A DNA stretch of 63,516 bases, filler included, from 7 parts of 7 records of this genome joined end to end with filler, not necessarily neighbours in it; one strand, 5' to 3'. Shown: positions 51,219 to 60,666, counted from the first letter of the whole stretch. The notes: generated from the sequence alone by a model not told the origin. Numbers and translations are program-made.

Positions 51219-52511
51219 CTACAGCTCCGCCCGGCGCAATGGCTGGGCGGCGGTACGGGCCGGATCGAGAACCAGATCGCTGCGAACCGGGCCGGCGGCT
51301 GCGATATAGTCGCCCTGCACCTGCAGGATATCATTGTCGAGCAGTTCGACGATCTGCCGTTCACTGGTTATGCCGGTCGCCACCAGCGACACTTCAAAGC
51401 GCGCCATGTAATTGCCGATATCGGAGATGTGGAAGTCGGTGAACTTGTCCGGGCTTTCGATAAAGCTGGTGGCGTCGACACGCACAGACCGAACGCCGAG
51501 CGCCGCGGCATCGGCCAAATCGATGCGCAACGACTTCATGCGGGCAATGGAGAAACCGGCGCCCTTGCGCGCAATCTGTTCGACCACGGCACGCTCGCGC
51601 GTGGTCAGATCCATCCAGTCGCTTTCACCGATCAGGAACGTCAGGGCGTCGGCAATGGCGCGATTGGCATCGAGCGTGGCCAGCAATTGCTCGGCTGACG
51701 TCTCGTCACCCAGACTGACCCGCGAGAGCGGAATATGCAGAACGGCCGGCCGGCCGCCCGTGCGCGAGCGGCGGGCAATCGCCACGGCCTCGACCACACC
51801 GGTTCCCTCGATGAGCCGGACAATGTCCTTGCCGCCGCGACGCGGCATGAAATCGGGGGCATCGGCCAATTCGCCATCTTCGAGCATCAGCCTGGGCACC
51901 AGGTCGTAACCAATGGCGCGACGCTGCGGCAGGCGCACAATGGGCCGGATGTGGTGGACAAGGCGGTTTTCTTCGATGGCCTGGCGCAAGACTTCGAGCG
52001 GAATTACGGGCTCGGGGTCCGGCACGACAATTGGCGTAACAGGTACAGGCGGCGGCGCCGCAATCATGCGCGCATCCGATGAGCGGGTATCGGCTGGACG
52101 CGCGGCATTGACCTTTGCCAGCTTGTCTTCGACCTCCGCCACCGCCTCGGCCACCTGGCGGATGACTGTGCCGAGCACGGAAATATCGGCTTCCACCGTT
52201 TCCAATCGCTGGCCCGGATTGAGATCGGCAATGGCATTGATACGCTGACCAAGGACGGCGCCGGCCTGAGCATCGGTCGAGAGCAGCCTGGACAAGTCTT
52301 CGATGGCGCGTTCGAGGCGATTTTCGGCGCGCTGGCGCAGCACACGCTCCATCAGCACGACACAGGCACAGCCGAACACCACAGCGACAAGAATCGCATT
52401 GGCCGGGGTGAAGGTCAGGCCAAAATAGGCCAATGCCCCCAATCCGGCTGCGGATAGCGCAATGAACGAATACACAAGTGCCTGCACGGCGGACCTGAAA
52501 CCCCTTGTCAT
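51219..52511 (-). CDS. membrane-anchored degenerate EAL-domain protein (TipF-like)
   Basis: Two N-terminal TM helices, coiled coil, RPIVRLPQRRAIGYDLVPRL, C-terminal LVATGI.SE...VQG. Confidence 0.8.
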   Translation of the reverse strand: MTRGFRSAVQALVYSFIALSAAGLGALAYFGLTFTPANAILVAVVFGCACVVLMERVLRQRAENRLERAIEDLSRLLSTDAQAGAVLGQRINAIADLNPGQRLETVEADISVLGTVIRQVAEAVAEVEDKLAKVNAARPADTRSSDARMIAAPPPVPVTPIVVPDPEPVIPLEVLRQAIEENRLVHHIRPIVRLPQRRAIGYDLVPRLMLEDGELADAPDFMPRRGGKDIVRLIEGTGVVEAVAIARRSRTGGRPAVLHIPLSRVSLGDETSAEQLLATLDANRAIADALTFLIGESDWMDLTTRERAVVEQIARKGAGFSIARMKSLRIDLADAAALGVRSVRVDATSFIESPDKFTDFHISDIGNYMARFEVSLVATGITSERQIVELLDNDILQVQGDYIAAAGPVRSDLVLDPARTAAQPLRRAEL

Positions 52512-52586
52512 TCGCCGGGATTCGGCCTGTTTTACTTAGCATTCCCGACACCTGGGAAAAAGCACCGCAAATGCGCTCTCCCCGGC

Positions 52587-53807
52587 CTATTTGTCCTGTT
52601 CGGGGTCAAACAACTCCCAGGCGCGCGAAAAATGCCGCCGGAACAGCAGCAATTGGGCCGCTCCCAGCGCGGCGGCGGAGGGGCCGCCCAGACCCGTTCT
52701 AAGCCGTGGCCGATGGGCCAGCAGAACCGGAAACTGGGCCAGATGGGCGCTGGTGGACTCCACAAGGCGCGACAGGATCGATTCGGGCAGATCTCCGTTG
52801 AGCGCAACAATATCCACCTCGGTCATCGCCGTGGTGCTCAGAATGGCTTGCGCCAGCGCATGGCCGGCATCGTCGAGCCATTGCGCCACGATAGGCGCGA
52901 GTCCGGCCCAGTCCCATTTACGGGGCGAACCGACAGGCGCGGCATGGCCGGCATCAATGGCCTTTAGGACAAGAGCGTGAAGCGATGCGGTCAGGTGCAG
53001 ATAGGCAGGCTTGCCTGCCCGGTCGTGCACGACGATTGCCCCCAAATCGGCGCCATTGCCATAGGGCCCTTCCACAAGGCTGCCTTCGGACACGACGCCG
53101 CCGCCGACAAAGGTCCCAACAAAAAAGCTCGCCAGACCTTTCGGGCGCGGCGTCGGGTGGGCGGTGATCTCGCGCCAGGCCGCGGCACTGCCATCATTGA
53201 CCCAAAGCGCCGGCAGGCCTGTTTCCTTTGCCAGGCGGGGTCCCACATCGACCTTGGCCCAGGCGTCGATTGCGCAGGAAGGTGCGCCAATATGGGCGAG
53301 CAGGGGCCCAAAATTGCCCGGCGAGGTTACCCCGATGCCCGCGACGCGATCACGCTGGTCATTGGTCAGACCCGAGAGCAGCATTTCAATGTCGGCGGCA
53401 ATTTCGGCGAAGAGTGTCTCGGGATCGGGAAAGTCGTGGCAGCGCCGCGTGACCGCGATGGGTTGCCCGGCAATATTCTGGAGCAGAACCTCGACATGCT
53501 GCCAACCGATCTCCACCCCCAGCGAATATCCGCCCTGCGGGTTGAGGTGGTATGGGGTCGCGGGCTGGCCGCGCCGCCCGCGCAGCACCTCACCGCGAAT
53601 GATGAGGTCGCGTGATTCGAGATCGGTCAGGATGCGCGCGGTGGTCTGAGGACCGAGCCCCGAGCGGCGCGCGATATCGGCATTTGAAACGCCGGGAATG
53701 CCCGCAATCAGGGTCAGGACCGCACGTTCATTGGCCAGCCTCACCCCCGATTGGGTGATGCCGCGCACGATTGGTTCGAACACATCCTGATCGGGCAAGT
53801 CACGCAT
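52587..53807 (-). CDS. ROK family transcriptional regulator
   Basis: N-terminal HTH (SNADIARRSGLGPQT), RGRRGQP, GIGVTSPG, VNDGSAAA, GTFVGGG. Confidence 0.92.
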   Translation of the reverse strand: MRDLPDQDVFEPIVRGITQSGVRLANERAVLTLIAGIPGVSNADIARRSGLGPQTTARILTDLESRDLIIRGEVLRGRRGQPATPYHLNPQGGYSLGVEIGWQHVEVLLQNIAGQPIAVTRRCHDFPDPETLFAEIAADIEMLLSGLTNDQRDRVAGIGVTSPGNFGPLLAHIGAPSCAIDAWAKVDVGPRLAKETGLPALWVNDGSAAAWREITAHPTPRPKGLASFFVGTFVGGGVVSEGSLVEGPYGNGADLGAIVVHDRAGKPAYLHLTASLHALVLKAIDAGHAAPVGSPRKWDWAGLAPIVAQWLDDAGHALAQAILSTTAMTEVDIVALNGDLPESILSRLVESTSAHLAQFPVLLAHRPRLRTGLGGPSAAALGAAQLLLFRRHFSRAWELFDPEQDK

Positions 53808-53928
53808 GGCGCAGAGATAAACGCTGTTTGGCTGGCGGGTGCAAGAACGGAATATTTACCCTAATCGACAACACTTGGAACAACGACAAGAACGGTCCGG
53901 TTGCGGACGGAACAAGGTATATAGCGGC

Positions 53929-55356
53929 ATGACGAAGACGAGCGGAAGCGACAATGTGCTGTGCGGCCGGCTTCTGCTGATCGACCACGATGTCGCATGC
54001 GCGCGCCAGACCAGCGCCGAATTGACCGAAGCGCTGCTGGTGGCCCCCCAGATTACCCATGCCGAAACCGGCCGCGAGGCGGCGGATCTCCTGCGCAAGC
54101 TGCGTTATGACGTCATCATCTGCGAACTGGCCAGCCTGGGCGATCTGGCGGCCAATGTGGAAGATGCCATGAGCCGCCTCGTTCGCCTAGCCAATGGCGC
54201 ATTGATCCTGGCCGTGGCCGACAGCGGCTCGGTGAGCGCCGCGCTGGGCGCCATGCGTGCCGGCGCACATGATTATCTGGCCAAGCCTGCCGGTGGCAGC
54301 ACGCTGGCCGGGCGACTGGCCGAGCTGGCGCAGCGCCACGGCCGGCCACGCTCGCTGGGTGTCGAGGTCACCCCCGAGCCGGAAATGTCTGATTTTGCCG
54401 GATTTGTCGGCGCGTCGAGCGCGATGCAGTTTCTCTACGAGCAGATCGGCCGGGTGGCTGCCTCGGCGGCGCCGGTCTTCATCACCGGCGAAAGCGGTAC
54501 TGGCAAGGATGTCTGTGCCGAAGCGCTGCATGGCCGGGGGCCGCGGGCGGCCAGCCGGTTTGTTGCGATCAATTGCGCGGCCATTCCGCGCGACCTGATG
54601 GAAAGCGAACTGTTCGGCGTGGTGCGTGGTGCCTTTACCGGCGCGCATGAAGACCGCAAGGGCGCAGCCGAGCTGGCCGATGGTGGCACGCTGTTTCTCG
54701 ACGAAGTCGGCGAACTCGACCTGTCCCTACAATCCAAGCTGTTGCGGTTCCTGCAGACCGGTTGCCTGTCGCGCGTGGGTGAGACGGCGGCCCGGAAGGT
54801 GGACGTGCGCGTCATCTGCGCCACCAATCGCAACCCCATGCAGATGATTGCCGACCGGCAGTTCCGCGAAGATCTGTTCTATCGCCTGCATGTGCTGCCG
54901 ATACATCTGCCGCCTCTGCGGCAGCGTCCAAGCGACATCATGCTGCTGACCCGGCACTTTCTCTCGCGCTACGCCCAGGAGGAGCACAAGAGCTTCTCGG
55001 ACGTCACACCTGAAGCGGCGCAGCGGCTGACGGCGGCGGACTGGCCGGGCAATGTGCGCCAGTTGCAGAACCTGATGCGCCGGCTGGTGGTCATGTTCGA
55101 TGGTGGCCAGATCACCACTGATATGATCGAGGCGGCCGATATCGAATCGCGCGTCACAACGCCCGCTCCGGTTGAAGCACCGCGCTCCGAAAGGCGCCCT
55201 GTACTGCCGATGTGGCAGCAGGAGCAGCGCATTATCGAGGATGCCATCGCCACGTTTGGAGGCAATATTTCCATGGCTGCGGCGGCGCTGGAAATCAGTC
55301 CCTCGACAATCTATCGCAAGCGCCAGAGCTGGTCGGAACTGGCGGCGGCCGGCTAG
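53929..55356 (+). CDS. sigma-54-dependent response regulator (LuxO-like REC-AAA-HTH)
   Basis: GESGTGKD, ESELFG..RGAFTGA, LFLDE, FREDLFYRL, WPGNVRQL, GNISMAAAALEISPSTIYRK. Confidence 0.93.
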   Translation: MTKTSGSDNVLCGRLLLIDHDVACARQTSAELTEALLVAPQITHAETGREAADLLRKLRYDVIICELASLGDLAANVEDAMSRLVRLANGALILAVADSGSVSAALGAMRAGAHDYLAKPAGGSTLAGRLAELAQRHGRPRSLGVEVTPEPEMSDFAGFVGASSAMQFLYEQIGRVAASAAPVFITGESGTGKDVCAEALHGRGPRAASRFVAINCAAIPRDLMESELFGVVRGAFTGAHEDRKGAAELADGGTLFLDEVGELDLSLQSKLLRFLQTGCLSRVGETAARKVDVRVICATNRNPMQMIADRQFREDLFYRLHVLPIHLPPLRQRPSDIMLLTRHFLSRYAQEEHKSFSDVTPEAAQRLTAADWPGNVRQLQNLMRRLVVMFDGGQITTDMIEAADIESRVTTPAPVEAPRSERRPVLPMWQQEQRIIEDAIATFGGNISMAAAALEISPSTIYRKRQSWSELAAAG

Positions 55357-55733
55357 GACAGCGTCACGATCAGGCCCAGCACGAGCAACACCACGATCAA
55401 GGGCGTCATGGTAAGGCGTTCGGGCAGACTGCGCGAAATTGCATTCACCACGACCCCCAGCGCCAGATAGGCCAGGATGATCCAGCTTGCGGGTATGATC
55501 CAGCTCATATCCGGCCATGGCGCGAGGAGTCCGGCCCGCATCAGCAGGGTAAGGGCGAACACGCCATAAAGCACAATGGCCACTGCGCTGCCGATCCGCA
55601 GGGCACGCGGCAGGATGCGTTGCTGACCGCCCCAGGCAAAGTGTCCCAGAGGTGCGCCTGCTATGAGCGCAGCCTGAAAGATGGCCAGTGCGCCCATCAG
55701 GACCGTAAAGATGATTGCCGCCGCTTGTGCCAT
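55353..55733 (-). CDS. conserved hypothetical membrane protein
   Basis: Four TM helices, FQAALIAGAPLGHFAWGG, SRSLPER. Confidence 0.8.
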   Translation of the reverse strand: MAQAAAIIFTVLMGALAIFQAALIAGAPLGHFAWGGQQRILPRALRIGSAVAIVLYGVFALTLLMRAGLLAPWPDMSWIIPASWIILAYLALGVVVNAISRSLPERLTMTPLIVVLLVLGLIVTLS

Positions 55734-55803
55734 GCTGCCCCCTTGGTCTGCCTGAAAATCGGGACTGGAGAGGCTTCGTTCAAGGCCAGCCCGCCTCAAA
55801 AAG

Positions 55804-56772
55804 TCAGGGGGTGTTGGCCTGGCGCGAGTTGGCGCGATCCAGCCCCAGGTAGCGTTCGCGCAGGATGACGGCAATGCCGGATGCGACAATGATCAAGGCC
55901 CCGATCAGCATGGCTGCGGTGGGCACATCGGCGAAGATGAGGAAGCCGATGATGATCGTCAGGATCAGCGAGACATATTCAAATGGCGCAATGACCGACA
56001 TGTCGGCATAGCGATAGCATGAGGTCAGGAGGAGCTGACCGATGCCGCCAAAGAACCCTGCCCCGACCAGCAATGCGGCCTGTTCGGGCGTGGGCCAGAC
56101 CCAACCGAAGGGGATGGTGAACAGGCTGATGACGCTGGCGCTGATGAAGAAATAGGTGACGATGGCTTCGGTGCGCTCGGTCTGGACCAGGGTGCGGACC
56201 TGGAGCATGGCGAAGGCGGACAGAACGGCCCCGGCCAGGGAGGCCAGCGCCCCGACGGATTGGGCGTCGCCCATCGGCGTCTCACCGGAGAACACGGTCA
56301 GCCGCGGCCAGAGAATGACCATCACACCGGCCAGACCCACAAGAACGGTGGTCCAGCGGAAGACATGCACACGCTCGTGCAGCAGAACTGCCGACAAAAT
56401 GACAATGATCAGCGGCGCCGCATAGCCGATAGCCGTTGCTTCGGGCAGCGGCAGCCGGGTGAGCGCAAAAAAGCCCAGGCTCATCGACGACACACCGATC
56501 AGGCCGCGCAGGATGTGTCCAAGCGGTCTTTTGGTCTGGAAAGCGCGCGTCAGATTACCCTTCCAGGCCAGATAGCCCAGGACGGGCAGCAGGGCGAAGA
56601 AAGAGCGGAAAAACACCATCTGTCCCGAAGGAATGGTGAGCGTGGCCTTGAGCATGGTCGCCATGACCACGAAGCAGCAAACCGAGGCGATCTTGAGCGT
56701 GATGCCACGCAGCGGGCCACCGAAGTCGCGTTTGTTGGTCGCGGCGGCAGGCTCGGCAGATGGCGCGGTCAA
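55804..56772 (-). CDS. DMT/EamA family transporter
   Basis: About ten TM helices; QMVFFRS, LPLPEATAI, LLHERV, APFEY. Confidence 0.93.
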   Translation of the reverse strand: MTAPSAEPAAATNKRDFGGPLRGITLKIASVCCFVVMATMLKATLTIPSGQMVFFRSFFALLPVLGYLAWKGNLTRAFQTKRPLGHILRGLIGVSSMSLGFFALTRLPLPEATAIGYAAPLIIVILSAVLLHERVHVFRWTTVLVGLAGVMVILWPRLTVFSGETPMGDAQSVGALASLAGAVLSAFAMLQVRTLVQTERTEAIVTYFFISASVISLFTIPFGWVWPTPEQAALLVGAGFFGGIGQLLLTSCYRYADMSVIAPFEYVSLILTIIIGFLIFADVPTAAMLIGALIIVASGIAVILRERYLGLDRANSRQANTP

Positions 56773-56790
56773 TTCGGTCCTGTCCGGGGC

Positions 56791-56982
56791 CTACTTGCCC
56801 GCAGCTTCCAGCTTTTCCTTGGCGATGCGGGCGGTGGCAAAGGCCTTATGCTCCGGACCGACAGCACTGCCGGTCTTGAGGACCGTGCCAGAGGCGTCCT
56901 GGACCTCCCAATACCAATTGGTGTTGGCCCCGACGCCGCCGGTGCGGCGCAGCTTGATCTGCAAAGAGGATTGTTCGCTCAT
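56791..56982 (-). CDS. small hypothetical protein
   Basis: MSEQSSLQIKLRRTGGVGANTNWYWEVQD...KEKLEAAGK; typical high-GC codon usage. Confidence 0.7.
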   Translation of the reverse strand: MSEQSSLQIKLRRTGGVGANTNWYWEVQDASGTVLKTGSAVGPEHKAFATARIAKEKLEAAGK

Positions 56983-57043
56983 GGCTGTGCTTATGGCCCA
57001 GACTTGTATCGGGGGGAAGGGGGAATATGCAGCTTTGCGCGGG

Positions 57044-57403
57044 TCAGACCTGGGACACGCGCACCGATATCCGGTTCCCGCCAAAAGTCAGCATATCGCG
57101 GATCGGTGCATAGTCACCTTCGGCATAGGGATAGTACCAAGCCTCATCTACGCCATCGGCAGTCAGTGTCTTGATGGTGTAGAAGTGCGCAGCGCCCGGA
57201 CCGGCATCGGTGCGCGTCGTGTCGGATGCCTCCAGTATGCCGGGATGAACGTCGTCGAGGGGCACGAATGTCAGCGGGTCCATGCCGTCGCGTTCCAGAC
57301 GCAGGGCCTTGGTCGAGCTGACGATCTCGGCATCGTCGAAAAAGATATGCACCCGTCCCTCTACCGGGACTATCTTGGGCGTCGATTGAGTTGTCTGGGC
57401 CAT
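57044..57403 (-). CDS. DUF427 family protein (divergent)
   Basis: RVHIFFDDAEIVSS.KAL.L, P..FVP.DDV, G.A.FY, AWYYP, I...LTF. Confidence 0.78.
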   Translation of the reverse strand: MAQTTQSTPKIVPVEGRVHIFFDDAEIVSSTKALRLERDGMDPLTFVPLDDVHPGILEASDTTRTDAGPGAAHFYTIKTLTADGVDEAWYYPYAEGDYAPIRDMLTFGGNRISVRVSQV

Positions 57404-57485
57404 GTGAACCACCTTGTGCTGAGCGATGTCTTGGATATGTCGCGCTGGGTTGCTAACGCATGAGTGAAAAGTTCGGTTCACGCGC

Positions 57486-57515
57486 CTTGACTCCGGACCG
57501 GCTCGATCCCTATAT
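57486..57515 (+). promoter_or_regulatory. RpoH (sigma-32)-type promoter of groESL
   Basis: CTTGA-N18-CCTATAT, matching the alphaproteobacterial heat-shock consensus. Confidence 0.7.
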
Positions 57516-57528
57516 CCCCGACAGCCTG

Positions 57529-57555
57529 TTAGCACTCACTCAATGCGAGTGCTAA
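57529..57555 (+). promoter_or_regulatory. CIRCE element (HrcA operator)
   Basis: Perfect TTAGCACTC-N9-GAGTGCTAA upstream of groES. Confidence 0.97.
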
Positions 57556-57600
57556 CAGGTCCGAAATTGCATTCAGAAATGATGCCAAGAGGAACAAAAC

Positions 57601-57891
57601 ATGGGCTTCCGTCCCCTGCATGACCGCGTGGTCGTCCGTCGCGTCGACAGTGAAGAAAAGACCAAAGGCGGGATCATTATCCCCGACACCGCCAAGGAAA
57701 AGCCCTCTGAGGGCGTAATCGTATCCGTGGGCCCCGGCGCCCGCGACGAGAGCGGCAAGGTCGCCGCCCTCGACGTAAAGGCCGGTGATCGCGTGCTCTT
57801 CGGCAAGTGGAGCGGCACCGAGGTCAAGCTCAACGGCGAAGACCTGATCATCATGAAGGAAAGCGACATCATGGGCGTGATCGAAGCCTAA
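57601..57891 (+). CDS. groES: co-chaperonin GroES
   Basis: [38 protein letters not shown]. Confidence 0.99.
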   Translation: MGFRPLHDRVVVRRVDSEEKTKGGIIIPDTAKEKPSEGVIVSVGPGARDESGKVAALDVKAGDRVLFGKWSGTEVKLNGEDLIIMKESDIMGVIEA

Positions 57892-57951
57892 TTCGGCTTC
57901 TCACGTCTTTTTTGTCATTCCCACTCAACAGATATTCTCAAGGAGCCATAA

Positions 57952-58146
<195 letters not shown>

Positions 58147-58246
58147 NNNNNNNNNNNNNNNNNNNNNNNNNNNNNNNNNNNNNNNNNNNNTTAATTAATT
58201 AANNNNNNNNNNNNNNNNNNNNNNNNNNNNNNNNNNNNNNNNNNNN
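58147..58246. other. artificial contig linker
   Basis: N44-TTAATTAATTAA-N44. Confidence 0.99.
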
Positions 58247-58565
58247 GGTGCGGGGATATCTTTTTGGCGGCGGCAGTCGACCCCGTTGCGGCCATAGGCG
58301 ATCCCAGCGCGATGGTCCAAAACCTGCCATTAAGTTCGCCCGAGCATCTGCCCTTATGGAAGGGCTAGGACTGGGTCGTTGCCAACTCAACGCCGTTGGG
58401 CGACAGTTGCTCTAGTTAGGCATCGATCTGCGGTCAGGTCGGAAACAAGCTTGTTCGTTCGTTTACTGAATGCCAAACCGCATGGTGTTGGCAAGCTGCG
58501 CATTCAGTTCTTTTTCTTTGTTCGCATGCAGACGCAAGTATAAAACCGATTCTCAGGTGCCAACC

Positions 58566-59006
58566 ATGATTTTATTCTGGGCTAAGTCCGTAAAATCAAT
58601 AATAAATTTAGTTTCAATGGCATTTTTGGCTCTATCGCTAAGTGGATGCAGCATTATTGAATCGGAAAAGAAAAGTTTATTCTTCAATAGACTGTTAGAG
58701 AGCGCCACAAAAGATCAATATCGATCTCTCCTTCAAGAAACAGACAGTCGCGACCTTCACAGTCAAATTCGCGATCTTCAGAGCGACGGGTTCAAGATCA
58801 TTACTGGTCGAGGAACTCCACCATCGGAAGGGTTAGACTGCGGTGAACATTTTGCGGCCAGATCCACTAGTTCGGGCCAAGACGTGTTCACAATGCGTCT
58901 TCATGGAGGCGGCTTTTTTTCTGACTGGTATAGAATAGACATATTGATTTCGATTGACTGTTCAATAGTTGACGTATCAGGCATGGTCATGCCACAGGCG
59001 TTGTAG
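58566..59006 (+). CDS. hypothetical lipoprotein (AT-rich, foreign-looking)
   Basis: MAFLALSLSGC lipobox; start uncertain (58566 or 58617). Confidence 0.6.
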   Translation: MILFWAKSVKSIINLVSMAFLALSLSGCSIIESEKKSLFFNRLLESATKDQYRSLLQETDSRDLHSQIRDLQSDGFKIITGRGTPPSEGLDCGEHFAARSTSSGQDVFTMRLHGGGFFSDWYRIDILISIDCSIVDVSGMVMPQAL

Positions 59007-59021
59007 AGGCGATGTTAGCTT

Positions 59022-59305
59022 GAACGGCAAGAATTTGGCGCTTCGTCGCCTAGAACGGCAAAGTTGAAGCCCTTTGGGACTGCGGGAACACAGACTGAAT
59101 GACCGCGAGGTCGTTTTGCCGGATCGTACGCCGAAAGCCGACATTCCCTTCTCCACCCCAAAGAAACGACAGCGGCCGGCCGCAGCGGGAATGGCAGCTA
59201 ACGGGAAGCCGTCCACGCATTCCGAATGTCGTGAATGGGGCGCGTTACCGATCGGCAGGATCCGTGCCGTTCAGCGGTTTGGTCATCGATCCTGAAAGCG
59301 GACAC
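59022..59305. repeat. cluster of degenerate AAGCGGACATT/AATGTCCGCTT-type motifs
   Basis: GAATGACCGC 59097, AAAGCCGACATT 59134, GAATGGCAGCT 59189, GAATGTC 59224, AAAGCGGACAC 59295. Confidence 0.5.
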
Positions 59306-59350
59306 AGGCTAAAGAAGCGCGTGTCGTCCATTGTAGAACGGTGTTTTCCA

Positions 59351-59950
59351 TTATTTCTCCCACAGCGAAAATTGAGCATTGGTGAAGTCCGTTTCTAAAG
59401 TGGTGGCCTCGCCGAAAAAGTGACAATCGATGAGGCTGGGGAGACCGCCTTCAAAAAACAGGATCACTCCGAAGGGCGCTTCGTACTGGTCAATTTTGTA
59501 CAGCCGCTCACCGATGGGTGAGTGGCCCTTCCATCGGGGACTATCGTTAGGAAATTGAAGGTGGGTGTAGAAGCCGCTGCCGGTGTTATCCCGTTCAATG
59601 ACCGTTGCGCGATCCGCCTCCGCGAATAGCTTTGGCATTTCGTTCAAATGGTCCTCTGCTATGTGGCAAATCGCAGCCCTCTCAAATTGAGTGAGCCCAA
59701 TGTCGTTTTGGCCCACCAATTCGTCCCAATAGGTCCAGTTGCCTACTTCACGACCGGCCTCGTCCAGAAGAAGATATCCTGCAGTTTCCGGCTCATCCGT
59801 GACGGCCTTTAACGCCTCCCGGCCTGCCTCATTGGCTGCCGTCAACGTGTCGAAAGTGCCGACTGTCAAAAAGGGAAGCGGGCGGCCCGGAACGAAGCGA
59901 GCCAGCTTCACGGTGATCTGAGTATTGTTCGGCATCGGCCAGTAGGTCAT
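59351..59950 (-). CDS. hypothetical protein
   Basis: 199-aa ORF; C-terminal half has VIERDNTGSGFYTHL and FGVILFFEGG. Confidence 0.7.
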   Translation of the reverse strand: MTYWPMPNNTQITVKLARFVPGRPLPFLTVGTFDTLTAANEAGREALKAVTDEPETAGYLLLDEAGREVGNWTYWDELVGQNDIGLTQFERAAICHIAEDHLNEMPKLFAEADRATVIERDNTGSGFYTHLQFPNDSPRWKGHSPIGERLYKIDQYEAPFGVILFFEGGLPSLIDCHFFGEATTLETDFTNAQFSLWEK

Positions 59951-60228
59951 CTCTAGCCCTTGTTCTCGCTAGGTGCGCAGATCAGGTTTTATGCGCCAAT
60001 TTGCTGCTCGTGCAATCTCAAAGACTTGGTTGGTGCATAACTCTGGTGCGGTACAATCTTGCATGACTTTTGCAGAGTAGTGTCCGCTTGCCCAAGCCTT
60101 GGGCCGAATGCTGCCAGTCCTTTAACCACCCCACAACTGCCCTTCGAACCGGCCGGTCGCTGGGATGACAGCTTGCGGCCGTTGCGCCAGAGTGTCCGCG
60201 AGATCGACAGGCATCGGGAGGGACAGGC

Positions 60229-60666
60229 ATGGCCGTCGAGCGTATGGACAATATGGGCATCGTGGTGGAGGACCTCGATGGCGCGATTGCATTTTTTGAC
60301 GCCTTGGGGCTCGAGCTTGAAGGGCGGGCCATGGTCGAGGGGGAATGGGCCGGCCGGGTGACCGGGCTGGGGGACCAGCAGGTCGAGATCGCCATGATGG
60401 CGACCCCCGATGGCCATAGCCGGCTTGAACTTTCCCGTTTCATCAGGCCAGAGATCGTGGCCGATCACCGCACTGCGCCCGTCAACGCCCTGGGTTATCT
60501 GCGGATCATGTTCGCCGTCGACGATATCGATGAGACTGTTGCGCGGCTCGGGGCGCTGGGTGCGCAATTGACCGGTGATATCGTCCAATATCGCGAGAGC
60601 TACCGGCTCTGCTATGTCCGTGGCCACGAAGGGCTGTTGATCGGGCTGGCGCAGGAACTGGGCTGA
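60229..60666 (+). CDS. VOC (glyoxalase/bleomycin resistance) family protein
   Basis: MDNMGIVVEDLD, TPDGHSRLELSRF, GYLRIMFAVDDID, YRLCYVRG; GGGAGG RBS. Confidence 0.94.
   Translation: MAVERMDNMGIVVEDLDGAIAFFDALGLELEGRAMVEGEWAGRVTGLGDQQVEIAMMATPDGHSRLELSRFIRPEIVADHRTAPVNALGYLRIMFAVDDIDETVARLGALGAQLTGDIVQYRESYRLCYVRGHEGLLIGLAQELG

Noticed and set aside
57486-57555. Dual RpoH promoter plus CIRCE control of groESL
   Set aside because: Real, but well established in Alphaproteobacteria; listed as features only.
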